DNA of 64,000 nt from Nitrosopumilus sp. (GCA_965207445.1 CBDBLX010000002.1:288001-352000); one strand, 5' to 3'; positions 1 to 11,025 are shown, counted from the first letter of the stretch. Notes: generated by a model from the letters alone, not told the origin. Made by a program: numbers and translations.

Positions 1-620
1 ACGTCACGAAAAGGAATATTTTTTGCAACTTTTAAAAGACACAAAAAATCCATCTTGTCACGAGAGTGTACCGGCTTGCATCCTCTATTTGTTTTCTTTT
101 CCTTGCACGGATGTGGGTTTTTTCGTATCGCTGACAACAAGGTCTTGCGCATAAAATCCGGCTCAGATTTGCGTGCCTGTTCGTAATACTGCCAATAACC
201 TTCGCGTCGCTTGTGCTGCTCTGTCACTATACGGTCTGCCTCCATAATCTGTTCTTATTTGATACCCACCCACTAAATTTACACAAACAACAAGCAGTCG
301 CCACATTCATCACAAACCATGCATTGTAATGGGCGACATTCTGTGTAGTATAGCATGTTGTGGCAACCCACCATATGTCGTCGTTCCACCACACTTCACA
401 AACGATACGTTGATAACATTGACTAGTCAACGTTGTTTAGCATCCACTTTGTTATTATCACAATTATTCAATTGGGATGCCCCTATAAGTAACTTTTGGT
501 ATGCGCGCAGATACTTTTATATATGAGCTTATTAATATATGTACATAAAACTCTGGCGATATTTGCAGATGGTTTTGCAAGTACGATGCAGGTGGCGATT
601 TGATGAATTACGCACCAACC
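1..620 (-). mobile_element. Left end of an IS5/IS4-like element, with the transposase N-terminus running off the window start (ATG at 245, minus strand)
   Basis: TIR GGTTGGTGCGTAATT (reverse complement at 606-620) is shared with 1442-1589 and 39115-39129. The minus frame from 245 reads MEADRIVTEQHKRREGYWQYYEQARK...NRGCKPVHSRDKMDFLCLLKVAKN and stays open to base 1. Confidence 0.65.
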
Positions 621-1187
621 ACGTATAAAGGTTCTATTTTCAACTCGGCGGGTCGGCGATAGGCCAGGGGGATCACGATCTTCTCTGAAAGCGGCAGCAT
701 GATTCCATGATCACAGCATTACCTCAAACGCCCTCATGATTTCTTCTTGCACGTATTTACCCGATTCCTTCAACGCCCCATGTTCTATGACCCCGTCACT
801 CCTTTCGCACTCTATTGCGGCATTCTACCTGATGTCGTACAGCCCTTATATGGTCATAAATATTGACTCCGTCATACCGTCTGCGCCTACCATTACCCGT
901 AGGTGTAGAATTTGCCGAATGGCCAGGGACGGTTGCAGTCAAATATCGGTGCCTCTGCATTATAACCCATTGTCATTATGGTGGCCCGTATAACCTACTT
1001 GTCCTTTGTTTTCTTTGCATTCTTGTACCTGTCCGCGTATGTCGACAGGCTATAGGCCCCAAACCACTTGTACTCCCCCACTCTCTCTCCCTCCTGCGGA
1101 CGAAGTCACGAAGTTGCAACAGGACCCTGAATGCGACTCTTGCGAATTCATGACCTGCTTCTCTCACTTCACCGAGATGTATCTTAA

Positions 1188-1394
1188 TCACTTATCTGAG
1201 ACATTCGGGGAATCAAACACACCTTTGCCCTCATAGACAAGCACGCCTATGATTGGATTGGGCTCTGACAAATCTACGATCTGCAAGCTTACAAAGGTCC
1301 CGTTGCGAGCATTCAGGAGTTCCAAACCCTTTTCGATTCTACGCTCCAAGACTTCCAAATCACCAGACTCAAAGATCTTGATCCGCTTTGTCAT
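1188..1394 (-). CDS. Small hypothetical protein (68 aa)
   Basis: ATG-initiated ORF with protein-like composition and an AT-rich TATA-like stretch about 25 bp upstream. Confidence 0.5.
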   Translation of the reverse strand: MTKRIKIFESGDLEVLERRIEKGLELLNARNGTFVSLQIVDLSEPNPIIGVLVYEGKGVFDSPNVSDK

Positions 1395-1441
1395 GTCGTT
1401 ATATTGATGTGGTTCTTATTTATGTCAAGCGATCGTGGGGA

Positions 1442-1589
1442 GGTTGGTGCGTAATTGACATTAGCCTGCCTGTGACCCTTCTATGAGATTATTGAATAAT
1501 TTAATTTATACATATAAAACTCTGGTGATATTTCCAGATAACTTTGCAAGTACGATGCAGGTGGCGATTTGATGAATTACGCACCAACC
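1442..1589. mobile_element. 148-bp MITE (internal deletion derivative) of the IS5-like family
   Basis: TIRs GGTTGGTGCGTAATT...AATTACGCACCAACC. The right half matches 530-620 and the left half matches the reverse complement of 39083-39129. Confidence 0.8.
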
Positions 1590-1624
1590 TCCAGTAGTTC
1601 GACTGAGTTTAATCTGGTAGTTGA

Positions 1625-2111
1625 TTACAGTACGATACCTAGACTGAGTAGCATCTCAAACGTGTCCGTGTACCTGACACTGAACGCCTCGCACACAACA
1701 AGAAGTGGAAAGTTCGACACTGCTTGTTTATTGTATACTTCCTCCGTAACTATGGTGCGGCCGGTGGCCATTGCATGGGCCACAAGCCACGGATCTGCAT
1801 TGACAGCCTGTGCAAACCTACTTTTGGCTTTTTGATTATAGTGGCTGTGTTCTGCAGACCATGTAATGAGCTCGTTGTACTTGTCTAGTGTGTCGTTGTT
1901 GTTGGTAGATTCTCACAGTTTAAAGTCATTATCCGCCCATTTAGTAAGGAATTTGTTGCGCTCATGGATCTCGTCTCTGACTCTGTCTATACTGCAGATC
2001 ACGTTGCATCTGGATTGTTTTGCCAGATTGGTCCAGAACCCGGGCACTGTTGGGGTCGTAATATCGTTTATGCGCTTCTATGAGGACGTTGGTGTCCAAC
2101 AGATACCGCAT
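1625..2111 (-). pseudogene. DUF4411-family PIN-domain protein, frameshifted and with an in-frame stop
   Basis: Manual translation MRYLLDTNVLIEAHKRYY / PGFWTNLAK...SIDRVRDEI...FKL*E...ADPWLVAHAMATGRTIVTEE...VCEAFSVRYTDTFEMLLSLG. It lies directly downstream of the HTH-ImmA gene, which is the usual pairing. Confidence 0.8.
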
Positions 2112-2122
2112 GGCAGTTCTGC

Positions 2123-3319
2123 TCAGTCTACCTCACCGTACATCTTGTCCCTTACCTTGTCAAAGCTTTCAGACTTTAATCCGGTAAGATAGTATGCATC
2201 AGTGTAAAGAATCTTGCGTTCGGCCACGGCGGTGAAGACAGTTTGCAAGAATTTACTACCCACTCTATGTGGTGCCATCAAATCGGGAGTTGGACCTCCT
2301 CTTTTCTTGCTTTTCTGCATCTTTGAGGCATTATACTTGAGTTTATATTTTGTGTAGAATGCGTCAAAGTCCTTTTGCAAGATGCATTCTGTATCTAGAG
2401 CCCTGCGAGCAGCAACAATGCGACTCACCTTAAAGTGATCTGACGCTGCCTTGTACGGATCATCTGGGTGTGCGGCAAATTCATCCCAGTGTCTGAGTAG
2501 TGTGTCAGTAGGGACCAAAAACTCGGCCGCTACTCTGTTGCATGTAATTTCAAGTTCGACATCAGGACGGGGTGCAAGATCGCGCAGATCAAATGATGCA
2601 CTCTCACCCATCCATACATGGACTAGCTCATGGGCCAGAGTAAACATCTGGGCGCCCGGATCATCTGCCCCATTGATAAACACAAATGGCGCATATTCAT
2701 CTACAAGTACAAACCCCCGAAACTCTTCAGGATCCAATGGACGTGACGTGTTGTTTTGAACCATGGAATTCTTGGACACAAATATTCGAGCATTTTCTGC
2801 CATGGACACCAGGTGTTTCTGCGCGATATCCCATTTAGAGTGGGTTGCTGCCCAATTCGAAGCCAACCCCAGCGTCGTTTTTATCTCCTTGGCTATCTCC
2901 ACAGGATCATCATGCACGTTACAGGATCCAACAAACTCTAAAGGCTCGACACCAATATCGATCAAATAGTCACGGATCCATTCTTGACGATACTCCAAGA
3001 TCTTGATTGTATCCTCAAGGTCTATGCTGCGAGCAGCAAGTTTGTTGTCACTGATGGTTCTAAAGTGTGGTATCGGCGACGGTGTATCTAGAGGGGGCTC
3101 AGGGAGCAACAGGTGTCCAAACGGCGTGTAAGTAGCTCTTGCAAACGCTTCGAGCTGCACCATGGTAGGTTTCCTGGTTCCTGTCATCCACTCATGTAAT
3201 TTTCCAAGAGATGACTTGCGGGATAATTCATCTACAGATTTGCCAGATCTATTCATGGCCCATTGTAAGAGAGATTTACTAACGTCAAGTCGAGGACGTC
3301 CATTTCCATCGCCTTGCAT
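2123..3319 (-). CDS. Xre-HTH plus ImmA/IrrE-family (COG2856) Zn-metallopeptidase
   Basis: N-terminal HTH (LHEWMTGTRKPTMVQLEAFA), FTLAHELVHVW HExxH motif and CNRVAAEFLVP. Start placed at ATG 3319 because the upstream 8 codons are IS DNA. Confidence 0.88.
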   Translation of the reverse strand: MQGDGNGRPRLDVSKSLLQWAMNRSGKSVDELSRKSSLGKLHEWMTGTRKPTMVQLEAFARATYTPFGHLLLPEPPLDTPSPIPHFRTISDNKLAARSIDLEDTIKILEYRQEWIRDYLIDIGVEPLEFVGSCNVHDDPVEIAKEIKTTLGLASNWAATHSKWDIAQKHLVSMAENARIFVSKNSMVQNNTSRPLDPEEFRGFVLVDEYAPFVFINGADDPGAQMFTLAHELVHVWMGESASFDLRDLAPRPDVELEITCNRVAAEFLVPTDTLLRHWDEFAAHPDDPYKAASDHFKVSRIVAARRALDTECILQKDFDAFYTKYKLKYNASKMQKSKKRGGPTPDLMAPHRVGSKFLQTVFTAVAERKILYTDAYYLTGLKSESFDKVRDKMYGEVD

Positions 3320-3320
3320 G

Positions 3321-4077
3321 TCAGTAGTTTGCAATGTGCTCAATTTTAATGATTTTATTTTTAATTATATAGTGCAGCAGATTTGCCATGACAAGTATCT
3401 GCCATGTTTTAATTCCCATCAAAACTGTTTTCTGATCAATCCGGCAATTGAATCCATAAATCATTCATTGTGAATAATTTTCTACCAAAGTCTGCCGTAA
3501 TTTTCGTACCTTGTCATTACTCACAAGCCATATAACAACATTTCAAAAAATATTAACAATAATTAAATCTACAAGGTACTGCTAGTTGTCTTTAAAGTAG
3601 TGTTTTTTATCATTGTTGAACATCTGACGTTCTTGTCACCTCCACTTTCATGTGCTCTAATTCTGCGCTCTTTAGGCATTTGAGCACAGTATTTTCAGAT
3701 GATATATCGTATACACTCGTTTTTTCTAAAATAGTTAGATTTGTTGTGTTTTCTTTTGTGCATTGCTGCATTTACACACATGTTGTCAAGTGATATGGTA
3801 GTAAGTGTGTACCAAGATAATCATCTGTACCACACTTGCTGCTATATCTGATTGATGTCTAGTCAAGATCGACGAATCGTTTTCGTAAAATTTTATAATT
3901 TACCTATCCTAATTTATATTGATATTCTAGTACCTAATTTTTCATATATATTCAAAGGTACTAGATATTCCCACACACTATGCTTTTTATTTGATCTGAT
4001 CAAGTATGATCATCAACATTCAACGATATTGTAAATTATTTAAATAAAATCATATAAAACACATTACGAACTACTGA
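3321..4077 (-). mobile_element. Degenerate, internally deleted ISH3-like element
   Basis: Ends TCAGTAGTTTGCAATGTG / CACATTACGAACTACTGA. The body is colinear with copies at 9662-11025 and 26326-27704. Confidence 0.8.
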
Positions 4078-4313
4078 TGTGGTTGGACTAGTCTTTACAA
4101 CATTAAAAATGATTTTGCAAATGGCTATATCTGCAAGATCAATCTGAAGAGTTACAAAGTACAGGCTTGTCACCTGAACACTACGAGACGCTGGAGGACT
4201 TGGCGCATAAGGTGTCCGAGTACTTTAGGACGTGCTCAATTAGGCTTGACGTCTACAAGTTTCTGTACTGCTGCGTATGATGTGAAATTTTCAATAATTG
4301 TAACTCTAGGCAT

Positions 4314-6362
4314 TCATAAATTACGCAGTTTTTTCACCATGTGGTCAAACTGTTCTTCTGTTATCTGACCTTTTACGTACCTGATCTTCAGTACGTGTAA
4401 CGGATCTTCTGTTTTGCGGTGGTTCTTGGAGTTAAACCTGCGATCCTGTTTTTTGTTTGGTGCAAATACTTGTATGATGGACTCTTTGTCAACACGGCCA
4501 GATATGAGTATCCTGCCTTGACTGTCAGCTGCCACATCATACACTTCACGGTAGGATCTTCCGCCTAACTGCACGCCTGAGAACTGGAAGATCTGTTTTC
4601 CGGAAGGCTCAAATACTCTTACGGTAATCTTGTGCTTATCCACGGCGATTATCCTACCTTTTCTGTCAATCGTAAACACGCCTGCAAAGGCAATACTCTC
4701 TCCATATTGGCCTGTGGCTCGGATTTCCGACACTTGGTCTCCGTCTGAATCGGTGACTCTGATAAAAGCGCCCCAACTATCACGAATTTTCTCATATATC
4801 CTACCATTGGCATCGGGGCGTGTAAAAGTTGCCTGTTTTATACTAGGAGATGTTCTATCACCGTCCACGTTTTTAAAATACGTTTTAACATTTTCTGTAC
4901 CCACAAACTCACCGTCAGGATCAAAAACATTGACTTTTAATTCATATGGACTTGCGTAATATTCCGTCTTTTCTGATTTTTTTACACACTCTGTTACAAG
5001 TATGTGGTCGTCTTCCCGTACTGCAATATGCTGGATGTCCTCGAATCGTCGTCCGTCCGGTCCTGTTATGGTTAAGGCCACGGTTCCGTCGGAATCTAGA
5101 ATCCTGACACACTTGTAACCTGACGCAATGATGCGATCTCGGCTGTCTGTGGCTATGTACAGGCCCCCATCGTGGTATATATAAAACTCAAACAATGGGG
5201 TCACGCTATATGGATAGGTTGGAGTAGGGTCACACGACTCGTATACGTCATCATAAGGTAAGTTGTCTTGCCTTACATCAGATGGTGAGGTTGGAGTAGG
5301 GTCACACGACTCGTATACGTCATCATCATCATCGATGCTCTTTGCAGAACTTTGCAGGTCGTCTTGCAGATCAATCTTGGAAACACAATGATCTAGACTC
5401 CCATAACCCTTTTCTTCACATCTTGTCCATGTTAGCAGCTCGTTGCCGTCAGTCAACCATAGCCCAGATCCGATTTCTCTAAAACGTGTCCCGGTCCATA
5501 CGCCTACAGAGTCGTATAATGAATTTATACTACTGTAGTATTCATTTTTTACATATGTTGCAAGAGTATAGTTTTCATATTTTTCATTTACGGCGATTTT
5601 CGTTTTAAAATCCAACGCAGAATCTACCGGTAAGATAAAATCACATTTTTTGTTATTACCTAGTAAGATTATGGTGCGGCCGTGAACCTTAATGGTGGTA
5701 TTGTGCTCAAAATCTTTGACATCAACACCGTTGACCGTTATAACTGGTTTGCCGTCATCATCCTTGTGAGTGAGTTCGTACACCTTGATCTCGTGCGATT
5801 TTTTGGAGATCATAAAGTCGTCACACAGAATATTTGTTGTCCATTGTTGCAGGGATATCTGCTTTGAGTCCAAAAGATTTCCCAATTGATCATACATGCA
5901 TATATGCCAATCCTCTGATTCGGAGTATTGTATAGTTACTATGTTGTCATGACTTGTAACGCGTAGATTTCGTATTTTGCTTTTCACCTTGAACCTTCTG
6001 GTAAATCTATATTCATGATCTAAGATGATGATGGCGTGAGTTTTATTGTCTACAATGATCATGTTACGCTTGCTGTCTGTACATATCATGTCTGCAAACA
6101 CTTCTACGTCTTGGATGCTTTTCCGGCATGGAAATGATTTGATAAACTCACCATTGAGATCAAAGGTCATGAGTTTTGGCCCCATTGCAACGGCTATGTT
6201 TCCCTTGGAGTCGATTGTTATCCTGTCTGGGACTATGTCATTGTATAATAGATAAGTTAATGCTCCGCCAATCCCGTTCTTTTCTGTAAGGGTAGTAACC
6301 AGCCGCATCGCTCTACTTTGTTTTGACACTACTGGTTTAGTATCATTATAGGGTTTTTGCAT
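4314..6362 (-). CDS. NHL-repeat/beta-propeller protein with C-terminal SHOCT domain
   Basis: Repeated blades ITIDSKGNIAV, ICTDSKRNMIIVD, IATDSRDRIIAS, FTIDRKGRIIAVD, VAADSQGRILIS. C-terminus DPLHVLKIRYVKGQITEEQFDHMVKKL is SHOCT-like. Confidence 0.8.
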   Translation of the reverse strand: MQKPYNDTKPVVSKQSRAMRLVTTLTEKNGIGGALTYLLYNDIVPDRITIDSKGNIAVAMGPKLMTFDLNGEFIKSFPCRKSIQDVEVFADMICTDSKRNMIIVDNKTHAIIILDHEYRFTRRFKVKSKIRNLRVTSHDNIVTIQYSESEDWHICMYDQLGNLLDSKQISLQQWTTNILCDDFMISKKSHEIKVYELTHKDDDGKPVITVNGVDVKDFEHNTTIKVHGRTIILLGNNKKCDFILPVDSALDFKTKIAVNEKYENYTLATYVKNEYYSSINSLYDSVGVWTGTRFREIGSGLWLTDGNELLTWTRCEEKGYGSLDHCVSKIDLQDDLQSSAKSIDDDDDVYESCDPTPTSPSDVRQDNLPYDDVYESCDPTPTYPYSVTPLFEFYIYHDGGLYIATDSRDRIIASGYKCVRILDSDGTVALTITGPDGRRFEDIQHIAVREDDHILVTECVKKSEKTEYYASPYELKVNVFDPDGEFVGTENVKTYFKNVDGDRTSPSIKQATFTRPDANGRIYEKIRDSWGAFIRVTDSDGDQVSEIRATGQYGESIAFAGVFTIDRKGRIIAVDKHKITVRVFEPSGKQIFQFSGVQLGGRSYREVYDVAADSQGRILISGRVDKESIIQVFAPNKKQDRRFNSKNHRKTEDPLHVLKIRYVKGQITEEQFDHMVKKLRNL

Positions 6363-6589
6363 GTATTACATCTCATGCTTTGTGTTGATGCTTGTGATAT
6401 AACAAGATTACTTGTGGGGGGTGTTTTTTGTGGTGGCAGCTGGCATGGCAGGACGTGGGCTTTGCAGTTTGGGCTCAGGTTTCGTCCTCAATGTGGCGCT
6501 GCATGGCAGTTTATGACATGGCGTCTTGGCGTCCTTGCAGTATCATGACGTTGGGTCCTGTCGTCCTGCAGGGCGTGGGCTGCATGACG

Positions 6590-6670
6590 TCAGTAGTTTA
6601 CAATGTGCCAAATTTTAATGATCTTATTTTTAATTACATAGTGCAGCAGATTTACCATGCAAGTATCTAC
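6590..6670. mobile_element. Stub (one end) of the ISH3-like family
   Basis: TCAGTAGTTTACAATGTGCC...GTGCAGCAGATTTACCATG matches 3321-3400. Confidence 0.75.
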
Positions 6671-6697
6671 TTATATGCCCAATATGTCATCGGCATA

Positions 6698-7774
6698 TTG
6701 ACAAAATCGATAGCCTCTGATCTGACCAAAACAGTCAAATGGCAAGATGACAAGGTCGTAATGATTGATCAGACAAAGCTACCAAACGAACTAGTATATG
6801 TCACATATGACAATTATACTGATGTGGCACATGCAATCAAGACTCTAGTTGTTCGTGGTGCACCTGCAATTGGTGTGTCTGGTGCATTTGGGCTGGCACT
6901 TGCAGCAAAACAATCTAAAACCAACAATAAAGATAAACTAGTCAAAGAATTAGAACAGGCTGCTCAAACACTAGCAGCTACACGACCTACTGCTGTTAAT
7001 CTCAAATGGGGACTGCAACAAATCCTAGACTCTGTAAAAGATACCATAACTGATAATCCAAATGCAACCATTAATGATATAATCAACAAAACAGTCGACA
7101 CTGCCATTAAAATGGCATCTGATGATGTTGCAATAAATATGGCAATGGGCCAAAATGGCGCCAAACTCTTTTCTGACAATGATACTATAATGACACATTG
7201 TAATGCAGGCGCACTTGCAACTGTTGCGTATGGTACGGCACTAGGTGTAGTGCGGGCTGTACGTGATTCTGGCAAAAACATCAAAGTTATTGCAACTGAG
7301 ACTCGTCCCGTCCAACAAGGGTCTAGACTAACTGCATTTGAACTACAGCATGATGGAATAGATGTCAGTTTAATTCCAGACACTGCTGTAGGATACTCTA
7401 TGGCAAAGAACTTGGTGAATCGTGTAGTTGTGGGTGCTGACCGCATACTGAAAACTGGTCACGTTTATAACAAGATTGGCACATATCAAGTGGCCACAAT
7501 GGCTCGTCAACATAATATTCCATTTTATGTAGCAGCACCACTGTCTACATTTGATATGAAAAGCAGTCCAGATGATGTTGTAATTGAGCAGCGAAACCCT
7601 GATGAGGTCATACGTACCGGAGATCGCAAGACTGCCCCTGATGGCATAAAAGTGATAAATCCTGCATTTGATGTGACACCACCGCATTTGATATCTGCAA
7701 TAATAACTGAAAAAGGAGTCGCAACCCCGCCCTTTGAAGAGTCTATTCAAAAGTTATTTCAAGCTAATTTTTAA
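6698..7774 (+). CDS. mtnA: Methylthioribose-1-phosphate isomerase (eIF-2B alpha/beta/delta family)
   Basis: Motifs VRGAPAIG, TRPTAVNL, THCNAGALAT, ETRPVQQGSRLTAFEL, NKIGTY, NPAFDVTP. Start moved to TTG 6698, with TTATAT at ~6671; the upstream ORF extension is IS DNA. Confidence 0.93.
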   Translation: MTKSIASDLTKTVKWQDDKVVMIDQTKLPNELVYVTYDNYTDVAHAIKTLVVRGAPAIGVSGAFGLALAAKQSKTNNKDKLVKELEQAAQTLAATRPTAVNLKWGLQQILDSVKDTITDNPNATINDIINKTVDTAIKMASDDVAINMAMGQNGAKLFSDNDTIMTHCNAGALATVAYGTALGVVRAVRDSGKNIKVIATETRPVQQGSRLTAFELQHDGIDVSLIPDTAVGYSMAKNLVNRVVVGADRILKTGHVYNKIGTYQVATMARQHNIPFYVAAPLSTFDMKSSPDDVVIEQRNPDEVIRTGDRKTAPDGIKVINPAFDVTPPHLISAIITEKGVATPPFEESIQKLFQANF

Positions 7775-7807
7775 AAACTTTTTATTTATTGTGTGTTTGC
7801 GTACAAT

Positions 7808-8569
7808 ATGAGTACTTCTACGGTATCTGTTACACCTGATGCAATAAGAGAGTCCCTAAAACAGTGCATGGACCCAGAGGTTCCAATCAGTATTGTAGAT
7901 ATGGGACTTGTATATGGAATTGATGTGTCTGGTGACAATAATGTTGATATCAAATTAACCATGACTACAAAGGGGTGTCCACTACACGATACTTTGGTAT
8001 CTGATGTTACTAGATACGCCAAAAAAGTAAATGGTGTCAATGACGTCAATGTTGAGATAGTATGGGATCCACCTTGGACTATGGAGATGCTCTCTGATGA
8101 TGCAAAAAAGACACTCAACTCTATGGGTAATCTTGCTAGTATGGCAACACCTGCACCAATTGATTATTCTGTTGCAATGCCACAGGGAGTTGGTAATATG
8201 ATAAAACAAGAGGACGGCTCACTTGTACTTGCAAACGAGCACGATCAGGGTTTTATGGTGAATCAGGCTATTGTGGACTTTTGGCGTTCTTGTAATGGAC
8301 GTCGCAAGATCACTGATTTAGTAGAGATATTTGCAAAACAGACGGGACTACAACGCAACCAAGTAGAAAAAGAGGTAATGCAGCTGGTAAAACAACTCAC
8401 AGACGGTGGTCTGTTAGTCGTTGCTAATCATTCAGATGATAGTAATAGTCATCACAGCAATAGTAACATTGACAATAGTGATGGCAACAACCACAATAGT
8501 GGCAACCCCAACAGTAGCGTTACTAGTAGTAATAATGACGATAACAATAATAATATGACCATAAACTAA
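7808..8569 (+). CDS. DUF59/FeS-assembly (SufT/PaaD-like) domain fused to a PqqD-like domain, with an Asn/Ser-rich tail
   Basis: DPEVPISIVDMGLVYGI, LTMTTKGCPL, VWDPPWT; second domain VNQAIVDFWRSCNGRRKITDLVEIF. Confidence 0.85.
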   Translation: MSTSTVSVTPDAIRESLKQCMDPEVPISIVDMGLVYGIDVSGDNNVDIKLTMTTKGCPLHDTLVSDVTRYAKKVNGVNDVNVEIVWDPPWTMEMLSDDAKKTLNSMGNLASMATPAPIDYSVAMPQGVGNMIKQEDGSLVLANEHDQGFMVNQAIVDFWRSCNGRRKITDLVEIFAKQTGLQRNQVEKEVMQLVKQLTDGGLLVVANHSDDSNSHHSNSNIDNSDGNNHNSGNPNSSVTSSNNDDNNNNMTIN

Positions 8570-8573
8570 TTAC

Positions 8574-9638
8574 TCACAGCCTATCTTTTACATATTTTAT
8601 AGATCTGACAGGTGTTGGATCAATTTTATCATAAACGGCTCGATATATACTAGTATAGTCACAGTGATATATGAGCTCCATGAGTTTTGCTAGTATGCCA
8701 CCTTGTCTCGTTTTAATTTGTTCACACATTATACCATGCTCAACAAAATAGTCCAATAGTATCTGTTGTCTCTGTTTTGTCTTTGGGTGATCGTCGCTAC
8801 CCATAATCATAACTGGAATTACACTAGATTTCATCTCCCATGCAACGATACCATTGTGGCTTGCCTCTACTATATCCTCTATCATGGCATGTCTTTTTGC
8901 ATTTTCTTGAAAACTATTTTTAAACCTGACTGCTGCTGCCTGCAAACCAAACGGATAGTAAACAAGCGGTATGCCATTTAGGAGAAATGCCAAGTTTCGT
9001 GCGTCATTATTTTTATCCGTGGAATTATGCGATGATATATTTTTTTGTACATCTTTTAAACGTGTAATTGCCTCTGTTACATCTTTTTTGTGTATGGGGA
9101 GTATGTCTTCTAATGCTTTTAGCATTGCAAATACTGCAATGACAAGTGACGCACGAGGTGAGTGAATTTGTTTTATTTTGATGTGTCTGTTGTTATTGCG
9201 CTTGCAAAACTGCTCAATTTCACCACCTGATGATACTGCAATTGTTTTGGCATCAGTTTTCACTGCTGTTTTGAGTATAGTTAATGTCTCTTGCGTGTTG
9301 CCTGATATGCTAGTTGTAACTATTAGGGTGTTTTTGTTTATTGTCTTTGGCAGTTCATAGCCCTTTGTGACTGTAACATGCATGGCAGTCTTTGATAGTA
9401 TGGATGCAAATATGTCGCCAATGGCTCCTGACCCACCCATTCCTGCAAATACAATATCTGTTATGGTGCCATCATATGTGATTGGTATTTGCTCTAGGTT
9501 TGGTTTGTATGCATTTTGTGCAAGCTCTGGCCACTTGTCATACACTGTGTACATTTTACTTTTATCTATTGTATTTAACTGATGTTTGGTAATTGTGGCA
9601 TATGGCCGATCTCTGTTTGTCATAAATTTTCTGTGCAA
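8574..9638 (-). CDS. SIS-domain bifunctional phosphoglucose/phosphomannose isomerase-like protein
   Basis: GMGGSGAIGD, SISGNTQET, SPRAS, RFKNSFQENAK, EASHNGI and DPTPV motifs. Confidence 0.88.
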   Translation of the reverse strand: MHRKFMTNRDRPYATITKHQLNTIDKSKMYTVYDKWPELAQNAYKPNLEQIPITYDGTITDIVFAGMGGSGAIGDIFASILSKTAMHVTVTKGYELPKTINKNTLIVTTSISGNTQETLTILKTAVKTDAKTIAVSSGGEIEQFCKRNNNRHIKIKQIHSPRASLVIAVFAMLKALEDILPIHKKDVTEAITRLKDVQKNISSHNSTDKNNDARNLAFLLNGIPLVYYPFGLQAAAVRFKNSFQENAKRHAMIEDIVEASHNGIVAWEMKSSVIPVMIMGSDDHPKTKQRQQILLDYFVEHGIMCEQIKTRQGGILAKLMELIYHCDYTSIYRAVYDKIDPTPVRSIKYVKDRL

Positions 9639-9661
9639 CGAAATAATATATGTCTAGTATG

Positions 9662-11025
9662 TCAATAGTCCGCAATGTGCCCACTTTTAATAATATTATT
9701 TTTAATTATGTAGTGCGGCAGATTTGTCATGGCAAGTATCTACCATGTTTTAATTCCCATCGAAGCAGTCTTCTGATTAATCCGGCAATTGAATCCATAA
9801 ACGCATCCATTGTGAATAATTTTCCACCTGCAAGTCTGTCGTAATTTTCGTACCTTGCCATTATTATAAACCATATAACAACATTCCAAAAAATACCAAT
9901 AGTAATCGAACCTGCAAGGCGTTACTATGTCTTTGGAATCATGTTTTTTATCACTCTATACCAGTCTCTATTATCCAGCGCTTGTGATAAGTCTCTGGGA
10001 TGGTTTTGATGAGTTTGCTTTTGTTAGTGATTTTCATATTTGTGATAAATACTACATACTATCAATTATTTGATCAGTTATTTTGGCATTATTTTTTTCT
10101 TGACGACAAGTAATGTAAACTTACTACCTTTTTGTTTTTGTCACGCATTTCAATGACCGATGCAGTTTTTCTCTTTTTGTTGTGAATTTTTAAAATATAT
10201 TATGCTTATTTTTGGTTGCCGGCATTATGAAAGACAGGTACAAAGTTCATCTATGCATGCAACGTTGTAAAAAACTCGATCAAGGAGACAAAGTTCTGGA
10301 CGTGCATTCTCTCGAATTAATTTTTCAATGATTTTACGTATAACTATGATCATTTTATTATCACTGGTCATAGGTGTGCAAACAATATTACCTGTTTGAT
10401 TTACCATTTGTGCTGCCATAAATGAATGAAATCGCGTAGTGCCATTTTTGGACTTTGTTTTTAGCATCTCAGATTTGAGTGCCTTGCCATAATATTTTCA
10501 TCCGCTCATCAATTGCAACAGTACTTGCCTTTTTTGAGCATGTTGTGTTTTTTGGCATTGTTAAACATCTGACGTTCTTGTCACCTCCACTTTCACTTGC
10601 TCTAGTTCTGCGCTCTTTAGGCATTTGTGCGCAGTATTTTCAGATGATATATCGCATACGCTCGTTTTTTCTAAAATAGTTGGTTTCATTGTGTTTTCTT
10701 TTGTGTGTTGTTGCATTTACACCCATGTATTGTTGAGTGACATGGTGGCAAGTGTACCAAGATAATCATCCACACCATACTTGCTGTTATATCTGGTTGA
10801 TATATTTAGTCTAAGATCGACGAATCGTTTTCGTAAAATTTTATAATTTATCTATCCTAATTTATATTGATGTTCTAGTACCTTATTTTTCATATATATT
10901 TAGCAGTACTAAAATATCCTCATATATTACATGTTCTATTTGTTCTGATTAAATATGATCATTAACGTTCAACGATATTGTAGATTATTCAAATAAAATC
11001 ATATAAAACACATTGTAAATACTGA
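9662..11025 (-). mobile_element. Full-length but pseudogenised ISH3-like element
   Basis: Ends TCAATAGTCCGCAATGTG / CACATTGTAAATACTGA. Transposase fragments (KSKNGTTRFHSFMAAQ, LLDRVFYNV) carry multiple stops. Confidence 0.8.

Noticed and set aside
736..1236. Overlapping short ORFs on both strands
   Set aside because: No coherent motifs; likely decayed DNA next to IS ends.
6428..6697. 90-aa N-terminal extension of MtnA
   Set aside because: It runs through an ISH3-like stub and GC-rich non-coding DNA; a TATA and TTG start fit 6698.
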